Positions 54,498-62,789 of a stretch of 64,000 bases of DNA are shown here, piece after piece. Each line of letters starts with the position of its first letter. Positions within the stretch are counted from its first letter, which is position 1. The position numbers and the translations under genes were made by a program. The stretch lies in the IMG/VR virus record IMGVR_UViG_3300045988_110372, positions 1 through 64,000 of that record; one strand, given 5' to 3'. Below the pieces are notes generated by a model that searched no databases, was not told where the DNA came from, and was given only the letters and a program-made list of their open reading frames with translations. The stretch comes from a virus.

Positions 54498-54854
54498 CTA
54501 TTCCTCCTTATTATCTTCTTCGTTTAACATATATTCGTCTACAAACTTATCCAATGCCTGAATACATTTGTCGGGTAATTGCTTAGCCGTTTCGTTTGAC
54601 TTGATGTAGTCAATAGTGCCGCCTACGCCCCAAATCATAAATGCATCCTTTGTGCTTGGGGTTAATACAAGTGCTATCATTAAAAACAGACTTACAAAAA
54701 TGCTAATTACAAAATGTTTAGCTTTTCCGTTTTTAATCTCTTTATCAACCCATCTTATAAAGCATACAATAACTGCAATAATAGATAGAGCTGAAAGCAC
54801 AAAAAGAAGTGCTTGTATTGCATCAAGTCTTGTTATCCAATAAATTTCATTCAT
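54498..54854 (-). CDS. membrane protein, 2 TM (118 aa)
   Basis: Its TM segments are 'ALLFVLSALSIIAVIVCFI' and 'FVISIFVSLFLMIALVL'. Confidence 0.55.
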   Translation of the reverse strand: MNEIYWITRLDAIQALLFVLSALSIIAVIVCFIRWVDKEIKNGKAKHFVISIFVSLFLMIALVLTPSTKDAFMIWGVGGTIDYIKSNETAKQLPDKCIQALDKFVDEYMLNEEDNKEE

Positions 54855-54897
54855 AGTTATTTGGCACTAACGTAGCTTTCCACTATTAAATTATTAC

Positions 54898-55407
54898 TTA
54901 TTTACTTCTCCCAACTTTCACCGCTTTAATGCGAGGTCTTTTAGGCTTCTCATATTTTATAAACTTAATTTTGCTGAAACCTTTCATCGGCTTCTGATTC
55001 GCTTTAAGCAATACGTTCTGCAACTTTGTAATTACAAATTCTTCGCTATCTGTCGAACGGATAAACATCGGATAGAAGTTTGCTTTCATTGACTTAAAGA
55101 AAAGATTAGCCTTTGAAACTTCTACTTCATCATTCATGTCTACTTGACGGATAACCACGTTTGCATCAGGAATAAAGATGTCGGTTGTGATTCTGTGTCT
55201 TTGTTTCTTCCCGTGAATAATTTCACAAAGAGTAAACGGCAATCCCCATTTCTGCAATGTTTCAATTACCGTGTGTGTCTTTTTGTTGAACTTAGCCATG
55301 CGTTGAATACGTTTCATCTTATAGGCTTCGTTCTTTGTTTCTTCAAAGTTTCCTACGTTCTTGTCTTGTGCGTACACAAGTTCTTTTAATTCATTCGGTT
55401 CTAACAC
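54898..55407 (-). CDS. hypothetical protein (169 aa)
   Basis: Intact ORF. No motif recognised. Confidence 0.55.
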   Translation of the reverse strand: MLEPNELKELVYAQDKNVGNFEETKNEAYKMKRIQRMAKFNKKTHTVIETLQKWGLPFTLCEIIHGKKQRHRITTDIFIPDANVVIRQVDMNDEVEVSKANLFFKSMKANFYPMFIRSTDSEEFVITKLQNVLLKANQKPMKGFSKIKFIKYEKPKRPRIKAVKVGRSK

Positions 55408-55411
55408 AATC

Positions 55412-55981
55412 TTATTTATTTACGATGTTATATTTCAGTGACTCTTCAATGTTGTTGGGGTTGAATTTATCCCACGGTATAATACAATTCCAATCAACTT
55501 TTCTCATTTCGTTATGCGATTTCCCTAAATCCCACCAAGTCTGACCTTTACCTGCATAAAACCTAACAAACCAAGCTAATTGCCCTTGCATAGAACAACT
55601 ACACATACACGGAGTATCAATCGGCAAATCTTCTTCAACTTTCAATGGTTCGATAATAAGTTTGCCTTCATTTTCGCTTATAGACACGCCCAAATTATGC
55701 GTTTTAATCACTTCGGTTATATCTTTTATCAGTTCGGTAGAAATAAGCGGTTTTTCGTCAGATACTAAAACTTCGATAAAATTTTCAAGAAGCCAATAAC
55801 CATTTGCAAAATAAGTTCCATCTGTATCTGTAGCTGTAATCTGATAGACTTTCCCGCACATTTCAGACATTTCAGCAGTAAATGTGCAGCACGGAAAATC
55901 TACATCACCATATTTATTTTTATTGGAATCATACCACTCTCTCGACTTAATACGAACCTTATCTCCTACTTTGTATTTCAT
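55412..55981 (-). CDS. hypothetical protein (189 aa)
   Basis: Intact ORF. No motif recognised. Confidence 0.55.
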   Translation of the reverse strand: MKYKVGDKVRIKSREWYDSNKNKYGDVDFPCCTFTAEMSEMCGKVYQITATDTDGTYFANGYWLLENFIEVLVSDEKPLISTELIKDITEVIKTHNLGVSISENEGKLIIEPLKVEEDLPIDTPCMCSCSMQGQLAWFVRFYAGKGQTWWDLGKSHNEMRKVDWNCIIPWDKFNPNNIEESLKYNIVNK

Positions 55982-56005
55982 AAGTTATTGATTTTTAGTT
56001 ATTTA

Positions 56006-56395
56006 TCAAAAAGGAAGTTCGCTTGATATTCCATTGTCTTGTGCTACTGCTTCACTCGCTTTAGGCACATCACCACTACTTTGTGTAGCTACTTGCGACT
56101 GACCGCCTTCCGAACGCTTGAATACAGACCAAGCACGGATAGTATTGTACCAACGTCCTTTAAATTCACGAGCATCGAAGTTATACATAATATCCACCTC
56201 GTCATTCATCTGAATGTTGAATTGTTGGATTTTCTCTGTACCGAAAACTTCAAAGCATACTTTCTGAGGATATGAATCATGTGTTTCAAGCACATATTCC
56301 TGAGAAGCCCATGTACCTTTCTGTGAAGTTCCCGTTTTCATTTGCATTACTGCGATGATTCTACCGCTAATTTTCTGTTTGTTTTCTTCTGCCAT
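56006..56395 (-). CDS. OB-fold ssDNA-binding protein (DUF3127-like) with an SSB-type acidic C-terminal tip
   Basis: 'GRIIAV...QEYVLETHDSYPQKVCFEVFG...FKGRWYNTIRAW' matches my recollection of Bacteroidota DUF3127. A Gly/Ser/Gln linker follows, and the protein ends in '...ELPF' like the SSB tips. Confidence 0.65.
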   Translation of the reverse strand: MAEENKQKISGRIIAVMQMKTGTSQKGTWASQEYVLETHDSYPQKVCFEVFGTEKIQQFNIQMNDEVDIMYNFDAREFKGRWYNTIRAWSVFKRSEGGQSQVATQSSGDVPKASEAVAQDNGISSELPF

Positions 56396-56464
56396 ATCTA
56401 TATGTTTTTAATGGTTTGTTTTCTTGTTACAAAGATAGCAAATTGGTTTGAAGTTTCAAAGTAT

Positions 56465-56773
56465 TTACTTCCAAAATTCGTACCATTTTTTGCTTTTATA
56501 TTTTGATAGTTCAGATTCTATTTTAGATATTGTATCTTTTAAGTTTTGTATCACTTCTTTTGCTTCGGACAAATTTTCTTCACAATCGTTGTACCTATTA
56601 GTCCAATATATCGTATTGTTAATAGATGCGTTTCTTGATAATTGTAATTCTTCAATTTCCTCTTTTGTATATCCGTATAGTTCTACAAAACATTTGTTTG
56701 AATTTTGTATTAATTGGTTATACTCCGAAAGCGGCATCGTGACCGTCTTAGTGTCTTGTTCCATATCTTCCAA
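56465..56773 (-). CDS. hypothetical coiled-coil protein (102 aa)
   Basis: I preferred it over the antisense low-complexity ORF at 56448-56789 because it is co-directional with the operon and has normal composition. Confidence 0.5.
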   Translation of the reverse strand: MEDMEQDTKTVTMPLSEYNQLIQNSNKCFVELYGYTKEEIEELQLSRNASINNTIYWTNRYNDCEENLSEAKEVIQNLKDTISKIESELSKYKSKKWYEFWK

Positions 56774-56838
56774 TTATTTTAACCAATAACTCAACGTTTC
56801 TTTCAATTCTCTCGCAAACGATGTCTATTTCCGTCATA

Positions 56839-57690
56839 TCACCAATCCGTACTTAATGCTAACTTGATTGTTTCTTCGCCTAAGATTTCTATGGCTTGCT
56901 GAGCTAAATACAATGTCTTAAAATGAACCACTTCGGAGCATTTCTGTAGTGCGAAATCTGTCGTAATAGAACTATCTTCTTTCTTAATTGATAAATAATA
57001 TTTCTGCGATGTACCATCACTCCAATCCGGTTGCCAATCACCATTCAAATATCTAGCTACATTCATCAGTCTGTTGATAGCAAGGAGTTTCTGAGCTTGC
57101 TTTTCTGACGTGAAGTTGTTAGGTTGTTTGTATTCGCTTTTACTGCAACTTATTACATTAATAATAGAACCGTCATACGTAGTATAACACATACCTTTTC
57201 CAAAAAACAATTCCTCTGCCACATCCTCATAAGTCAGCACTTTCTTAATAGGCTTAAACTTGATGAGTTCGAATGTTGAGTTTTCTTTGTCAATTTCATA
57301 ACCTTCCGGTACTTGAATTTTTACTTCTTTTGTTTCCATATTGTTTTCGTTTAAAAGTTGTTTGAATTGTTGGTAGGATGCTTTTATAAATTTTACATAA
57401 TTTCTATCACTTCTATCCTTTTTATCACAAGCACCAATGCCTTTCATATTTTGATGCTTGCATCCTCTTGTTGTATGAAAGTAACATCCGAAACAAGCTG
57501 AATCCATAGATTTGACTACTTTAAGTTTTGTTCCCTCAAACTCAAACACATCTCCAACAGGTCTTTCCTCTATGTTTTCTTTAGGAGAAATTTCTATGCC
57601 ATACCTTTTCAGTATCTCTTCCACCTCTTCCGCAGATTTTCTTTCAAAGTAGGCATCAATCTTCTTTTTCATTTCTTCGGTGAGTTTCAT
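56839..57690 (-). CDS. hypothetical protein (283 aa)
   Basis: Intact ORF. No motif recognised. Confidence 0.6.
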   Translation of the reverse strand: MKLTEEMKKKIDAYFERKSAEEVEEILKRYGIEISPKENIEERPVGDVFEFEGTKLKVVKSMDSACFGCYFHTTRGCKHQNMKGIGACDKKDRSDRNYVKFIKASYQQFKQLLNENNMETKEVKIQVPEGYEIDKENSTFELIKFKPIKKVLTYEDVAEELFFGKGMCYTTYDGSIINVISCSKSEYKQPNNFTSEKQAQKLLAINRLMNVARYLNGDWQPDWSDGTSQKYYLSIKKEDSSITTDFALQKCSEVVHFKTLYLAQQAIEILGEETIKLALSTDW

Positions 57691-57691
57691 G

Positions 57692-57937
57692 CTATTCTTG
57701 CTCTTTAATTGTGATATTTATACTTTCGGTGTATTGTAGCAATTTCTTAGCGTCTTTCAATGAATCAGCAAATGCTTTAGCATCCTCATAGTTTAAGAAA
57801 GCCTTTGAGACACACTCCTTTTCAGAACAAAATTCTCCGTATCTTGCATCCCATGACACCATCCAAACTTTTGCTCCTTCTGCATCTTTAACTTTGCTTA
57901 GTTTAAAGATTGCGTTTAATTTACTTACTATTTTCAT
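57692..57937 (-). CDS. hypothetical protein (81 aa)
   Basis: Intact ORF. No motif recognised. Confidence 0.5.
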   Translation of the reverse strand: MKIVSKLNAIFKLSKVKDAEGAKVWMVSWDARYGEFCSEKECVSKAFLNYEDAKAFADSLKDAKKLLQYTESINITIKEQE

Positions 57938-58054
57938 AATAACTATTTTATCCGTTAAACATAAACTCTAAATATATTCCTAATATATACATATACTTAC
58001 TCTACAAGTAGTATATACTGTCAAGTGTTTCATTTCGGGTACACATACCAAAAA

Positions 58055-58927
58055 TCAAGCATAAGCAGCCGTTAAAGGAGTTTCCATGATGTCAACTTCT
58101 TTAGTCTTAGCATTGAAAGTTTGTCTTTTCTTGTGATTGAAAATGATATTCCTGAAAGACTGGGTAATACTTCTGTTAGTTATCTTGTATTGATTCGGAA
58201 CAACTATATAGCCGAAGCCACGTTTTCTGTCATATACAATATTAACGTGTTCAAGTCCGCTTTCACGGATAGAACCTTCGCATACAGAAGAAAGGACTAA
58301 CTGTGTATATCCTTGTTTGATATTAATCATGTTGTTTGCTTGAAGTTTCAGAAGTTGTCTGCGTGCAGTAGATTTACATACACCACCGATATTCTTCATT
58401 TTGTTTAATGTCAGCGCATCTTTGGTTGTCAACAAGATATTGTTTTTGATTTCTCTACAAGAGTAAAACTTATCGCTTCTTTCAGTTGCGTTGATTGCAT
58501 GAAGATAAATCATGTCGTGTACATACTTCTCTATATCAAGTAAAGACCAGTCTTTGTCAATCACAAGTCTTACGACATACATAGACCAAATTTTCTTTCC
58601 GAACTTGTTATCTGATACGATAGTTTTGTTCTTGAAAGTTTTGGCTACAAATGCGTCAGTATACTTGTTGTACTTGAAATATGTATTGTTGTTTTTTACA
58701 GCGTTTATAATCTTTCTTGCTCTTACCTGACCTACACCGAATTTATCACGGATATTTCTTACGGAAGTATTTCGGAACATAGAATCACCGCTATGGGCTT
58801 TTACAAACAAAGCAATAGCTACCGAGAACAAGGTATTTTTATCCTTGCACTTGGTAAGAATGGAAGTAGGCAGATTGATAATTCTCATCTGCATATCTTC
58901 TTGTCGTATGTTCACTTTGTTTGCCAT
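58055..58927 (-). CDS. hypothetical protein, possible DNA-binding / replication-initiation factor (290 aa)
   Basis: It is the first gene downstream of the non-coding RNA-like locus. It has HTH-like segments 'VRNIRDKFGVGQVRARKIINAV' and 'GGVCKSTARRQLLKLQ'. The function is an inference. Confidence 0.5.
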   Translation of the reverse strand: MANKVNIRQEDMQMRIINLPTSILTKCKDKNTLFSVAIALFVKAHSGDSMFRNTSVRNIRDKFGVGQVRARKIINAVKNNNTYFKYNKYTDAFVAKTFKNKTIVSDNKFGKKIWSMYVVRLVIDKDWSLLDIEKYVHDMIYLHAINATERSDKFYSCREIKNNILLTTKDALTLNKMKNIGGVCKSTARRQLLKLQANNMINIKQGYTQLVLSSVCEGSIRESGLEHVNIVYDRKRGFGYIVVPNQYKITNRSITQSFRNIIFNHKKRQTFNAKTKEVDIMETPLTAAYA

Positions 58928-59306
58928 AATAAAACTTTTAGTATATAAAACAAGAAAACCTTATCAGAATCGCTATCTGACAAGGCTCTTGTTTATCTAT
59001 GAAGCCGTATAGATAGCATCAATTTTTGATGTAGGCAACCTATCTATACTCAACTTATTTACTATGTTTTTGATATGAAGTTTTCAAAGCTTTGCGTATC
59101 ACAAGCTGCCTATTCTTCTGATAACACTGCGAATATAATACATAAATTTCAAATATCCAAATCTATTAACTTTATTTAACTTTGTGGGAATTAATCACCA
59201 AATTGGCGACATTCCCGTAGGCAACATTGATTTGCTGTTTAAGCATCTTCTTACTGCCTTTTCAATTAAATAAAGAACTCTTTTCATTGTTATTTGTTTT
59301 TGGTTA

Positions 59307-59429
59307 GTGCATCGGCAGGATTCGATACCTGCAACCGCTTCCGCACTTCTGCGCTGAAACCTTTTTTGTTTAATGTGTGGTTCGGCTACCACATTACAGT
59401 TTTTTTGCGTCTACTTCCGCCACAATGCA
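59307..59429 (-). ncRNA. tRNA-like element 2 (acceptor, D and T arms around a roughly 75-nt insert)
   Basis: Read on the minus strand:
- Acceptor stem TGCATTG/CGATGCA with a G-U pair.
- D-like stem GCG/CGC.
- T-like arm GCAGG-TATCGAAT-CCTGC, whose loop is 8 nt.
- Internal hairpin AATGTGGT-AGCCGA-ACCACATT.
No anticodon arm can be recognised. Confidence 0.3.
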
Positions 59430-59546
59430 AGTTCCTCTCATCATCCACCACCGAGAGGGAGTGCCTACTGACGATTAGGATAAGCCAACTTTGTGCTTAC
59501 GTGTTTCGTTCCGCTTTTATTACGTAATTATTGTGCGGCTATTATG

Positions 59547-59614
59547 TCCCCTTGGATGAACTCGAATCACCTTTTTGCGCTTTTCTTCGTTTTACCATGT
59601 TAAACTACAAGGGG
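59547..59614 (-). ncRNA. tRNA-like element 1 (68 nt; canonical acceptor, D and T arms, no anticodon stem)
   Basis: Read on the minus strand:
- Acceptor stem CCCCTTG/CAAGGGG.
- D arm GTTT-AACATGGTA-AAAC.
- T arm GGTGA-TTCGAGT-TCATC, with a canonical T-loop and one G-U pair.
- The 16 nt 'AAGAAAAGCGCAAAAA' that occupy the anticodon/variable-arm position cannot form a stem. Confidence 0.4.
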
Positions 59615-59687
59615 ATAAAGCATCTATTCTCACGAACCAATGCTTTCAATCAAAAAAAATTGATTGTGAACCTATTATTATTCTTTG

Positions 59688-59695
59688 CAAATATA
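59688..59695 (-). promoter_or_regulatory. candidate -7 promoter box upstream of the tRNA-like locus
   Basis: The minus strand reads 'TATATTTG', immediately after the stop of 59701-59991. It would drive transcription into 59680-59300. Taken alone, the motif is weak evidence. Confidence 0.3.
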
Positions 59696-59700
59696 CAAAC

Positions 59701-59991
59701 TTATTTCATATCTGCAAAATTTTCTATCATTTTTTTACAAGTTTCTACTTTATCACGCAAATTCTTGTCGTATTTCAGGCGAAATTCCATATTTATAACA
59801 TGATGTCTTATGTTGGAATGAACAAATCCGTAAATCTCGCCTAGCTTTATGTATTTCAGGTCTGTATATTGTCTTAAAAGATAAAACAGTGTAGCACGTG
59901 CTTCTATGTATTCCATCTTTTTAGTGTTCCTAAATAAGTCCTCTATTCCGAAAACTTTAGAAACTACATTTTCATAACATTTAAGTTTCAT
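59701..59991 (-). CDS. small DnaA-domain-IV-like HTH protein (96 aa)
   Basis: 'EYIEARATLFYLLRQYTDLKYIKLGEIYGFVHSNIRHHV' is similar in layout to 42802-43107. Confidence 0.45.
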   Translation of the reverse strand: MKLKCYENVVSKVFGIEDLFRNTKKMEYIEARATLFYLLRQYTDLKYIKLGEIYGFVHSNIRHHVINMEFRLKYDKNLRDKVETCKKMIENFADMK

Positions 59992-59994
59992 ATC

Positions 59995-60378
59995 CTATTC
60001 CTCCACACTTAATGCTTCGTCAATACTATCTTCTGTCTTAGGCTTGTTGCCCCACCTTCTCTTATAGTTAGACCACGGAAACATGTGACCGATAAACTTT
60101 ACCTGCTCATAGAATCCTGCTGCCTTTATTTTCAGATACTCATGCTTCACCAACGGATTGAAGCAAAGCGAAAGGTAATGCGTTATATTCTGCGGATTCG
60201 GTCGTCTTGGTGTCACATACATTTCCATTAGCAATCTTCCCTTGTTTGTAAAGTGCATACCGTTTTCTTTTATCGGTATGCTGATACATTCTACGATTTC
60301 TCCGTTGAAAACTCTTTCGTGGACTTCTGCACCAATCAGTCTGTCTACTTCCAATACTTGTTTATACTGCTGCGGCAT
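59995..60378 (-). CDS. hypothetical protein (127 aa)
   Basis: Intact ORF. No motif recognised. Confidence 0.55.
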   Translation of the reverse strand: MPQQYKQVLEVDRLIGAEVHERVFNGEIVECISIPIKENGMHFTNKGRLLMEMYVTPRRPNPQNITHYLSLCFNPLVKHEYLKIKAAGFYEQVKFIGHMFPWSNYKRRWGNKPKTEDSIDEALSVEE

Positions 60379-60380
60379 AA

Positions 60381-60836
60381 TTATTCCTCCTTACTTGTTT
60401 TAATATATCCGTTTTCTATGCACCAACAAAGCATTTCGTAGGCTGCGTCAATAAGGCTTTCATTTTCCCTAATTACATATATACTATCCTCTATTGACCT
60501 ATATTGTACAAACCAATACGATTTATTCCTTTCGCTTACACCAAGTTCAAGCCAGTATTCATTAATCTCATCAGTGGTTTCTATACTTATTGTGCTTGGC
60601 AGTAAATCCAAAATATCCTGCAAGGTAAATGTCGGAAAACATTCATATTCGTCATACCCTACGTGCATGTGTTCTTTTTGTAAGTCTAAAAACCAATCTA
60701 TTAATACTTCCTTCTCTTTGTTCTTAACTTTTGGAAGTCTTACCAGCCTTACCCAATACATGCTTGCTTTACTTGTATGAACACCCAAATCTTTCAGGTG
60801 CTGCATCTGTGAAATATTTAAACATTGCTTACTCAT
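60381..60836 (-). CDS. hypothetical protein (151 aa)
   Basis: Intact ORF. No motif recognised. Confidence 0.55.
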   Translation of the reverse strand: MSKQCLNISQMQHLKDLGVHTSKASMYWVRLVRLPKVKNKEKEVLIDWFLDLQKEHMHVGYDEYECFPTFTLQDILDLLPSTISIETTDEINEYWLELGVSERNKSYWFVQYRSIEDSIYVIRENESLIDAAYEMLCWCIENGYIKTSKEE

Positions 60837-60840
60837 AACT

Positions 60841-62787
60841 TCAATCTTTTACTTCTACATTAAATTCACCACCATTGTTCCACATTTTGATAGTCTGATT
60901 TTCTATCAATGGGTAATTATCTTCATCTACCGTATGAGATTCGTCAATGAATATCGGCAGGTTAAGACCATAGAACTTCTGAAAACCTAACGACAAATCA
61001 AGTCCGCATCTAACTTTGCTTGCTGCATTTGTAACTTGTGCCGACACACCTTCTGAATCGAGGATTCTACAATCGGGTACAATATCTCCGCTTTTGTTTA
61101 CCGAAGTCATTACAACAGAAATATAGTCAAACATTCCGTTCACCTTATCAGAAACAAGCTGTGCTTTCTCTTGCTCGTACTTTATAGCCTTGTTTAGCAT
61201 ACCTTCAAGTCTTGCAAGTTCGATGCTGCTCTCTCTAAGTTCGTTCTGTTTATGCTTGATAACCTCAATCTGCTTGTCGTATGTATCTTTTACACCGAGT
61301 TTCTTAGAAAGTTCCTCAACATCATTCATAAGGTCTTTCTTCATGTTGATTAAAGCCGCATTATCCTGCGTTGGTACGACCGTCATATTTGCCTTCTTAT
61401 TTGAGATTTTAGCCACTTTCTCCTTGCCTTCGATAGTTTCCTTATACGGAATAAAATTCTTTCTCAAATCGGCTAATCTGCTTTCAAGTTCAGTCTTGTC
61501 AAGCAAAGGCTTTTCGGTATATCCTTTTTCGATAACAGTCATTGCTTCGTCAATCTCTTTCTTAACCTCGGCAATTTTTTCATTGTTTGCTCTACCTTCT
61601 GCTACAATAGCATTGTGTTTGGCTTCTTTTCTTTCAAAGAACTGCTTCTTGGCTTCTTCAAGTTTATCTTCCGGCAAAATCTGTCCGCAATAGGCACATT
61701 TATCATCTGTGAATACCATTGCTTTTACTTTCTCATTCTGTTTTAGCAATGTGTTGCGATACTCGTTCAGCTTTTCAAGTTTAGATGTTGCCGATTTAAG
61801 CGTTTTCTCTGCGTTTTCGATAGATTGCTTGGATAATTCATTTTCTTTCAAAATCTGCGCATTTCTAATATAAATTTCAGCCATTTCTGCCTTAATCTTG
61901 TTAGCTTCTTCAATCGGTTTCAGGTTGTACTTGCTTTCTGCTTCTGCCAACTCTCTTTCAAGTTCAGCAATCTCTTTCAACTCTGCATTTCTCTTGTCGA
62001 TATACTGCTGAACGCTTTCGCTGCTTCCTGTAATCTGTGCGTCAATGTCGGCAATCTGTTTCTTCGTTTCTTCGATTTCTTTCTTAACATCATCTAACCC
62101 TTGAATGTCAGGTAAACTTGTCTGCAATGTCTGAATAGTGATAGGCAGACTTTCTACGCTTGACTTTACGGATTTTATTTTTGACTTGTAAGAGCTTTTG
62201 ACCTCATCAATAGGATATTTCCGTAAGTCGTTCAGAATGTCGGTATAGTCGCCTTTCATTTCAGATTCATCAATATTGCCTACAAGTGATTCAAAGTGCT
62301 TGCGCATGTCTTTCCAATCAAGTGATTCGTAATGTCTGATATTCAGCATAAGTTTCAGCTTGTCGAAAGGCGCAAATGTTTCTTCGATAAATGACTTATA
62401 ATCTCCTGCGCTTCTCTCAATTCCATCAATGTAAAACTTGTAATCATCAGTAGCTTTCTTTTCGTATTCCTCACGCCCTTTCTTTCTCGTCCAACCTTGC
62501 TTTGCAGTCTTTTTCAACGTATATTCTACTCCGTCAATATCCAACACGGCTTCGGTAGATGCAAGTTTTGAGTTTTCATAAGTAAGCGGCAAAGTATCAT
62601 CGAACAGTTTGTAGTTTATTCTGTCTTGTTCGTCTGAGCCAGTAAGCAACCAAAGCCAAGCGTTGAAGCAACTTGATTTTCCACTCTTGTTTTTCCCTTT
62701 GATTTCTGTATTGTGACCGAAGTTTATAACTTTGTTCTGTCCTCGCCAATCCTGCAAGGTGAGTTTTTTAAGAGTTATTGTTTTCAT
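60841..62787 (-). CDS. SMC/Rad50(SbcC)-like ATPase with coiled coil and CxxC hook
   Basis: It has an N-terminal P-loop 'GKNKSGKSSCFNAWLWLL' and a long coiled coil. A central 'CAYCGQ' is zinc-hook-like. The C-terminal Walker B is 'LPIFIDES'. Confidence 0.7.
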   Translation of the reverse strand: MKTITLKKLTLQDWRGQNKVINFGHNTEIKGKNKSGKSSCFNAWLWLLTGSDEQDRINYKLFDDTLPLTYENSKLASTEAVLDIDGVEYTLKKTAKQGWTRKKGREEYEKKATDDYKFYIDGIERSAGDYKSFIEETFAPFDKLKLMLNIRHYESLDWKDMRKHFESLVGNIDESEMKGDYTDILNDLRKYPIDEVKSSYKSKIKSVKSSVESLPITIQTLQTSLPDIQGLDDVKKEIEETKKQIADIDAQITGSSESVQQYIDKRNAELKEIAELERELAEAESKYNLKPIEEANKIKAEMAEIYIRNAQILKENELSKQSIENAEKTLKSATSKLEKLNEYRNTLLKQNEKVKAMVFTDDKCAYCGQILPEDKLEEAKKQFFERKEAKHNAIVAEGRANNEKIAEVKKEIDEAMTVIEKGYTEKPLLDKTELESRLADLRKNFIPYKETIEGKEKVAKISNKKANMTVVPTQDNAALINMKKDLMNDVEELSKKLGVKDTYDKQIEVIKHKQNELRESSIELARLEGMLNKAIKYEQEKAQLVSDKVNGMFDYISVVMTSVNKSGDIVPDCRILDSEGVSAQVTNAASKVRCGLDLSLGFQKFYGLNLPIFIDESHTVDEDNYPLIENQTIKMWNNGGEFNVEVKD

Positions 62788-62789
62788 AA

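Noticed and set aside
56448-56789. A 113-aa + strand ORF sits in the gap after the SSB gene.
   Set aside because: Its sequence is low-complexity and Ser/Phe/Leu/Ile-rich. It is antisense to a normal-looking 102-aa ORF that is co-directional with the operon.
59195-59844. Four ORFs lie across the non-coding locus: 59195-59392 (-), 59294-59527 (+), 59531-59803 (+) and 59575-59844 (+).
   Set aside because: They run through RNA-like helices or antisense to 59701-59991. They lack start context and have odd composition. The region is better explained as non-coding.
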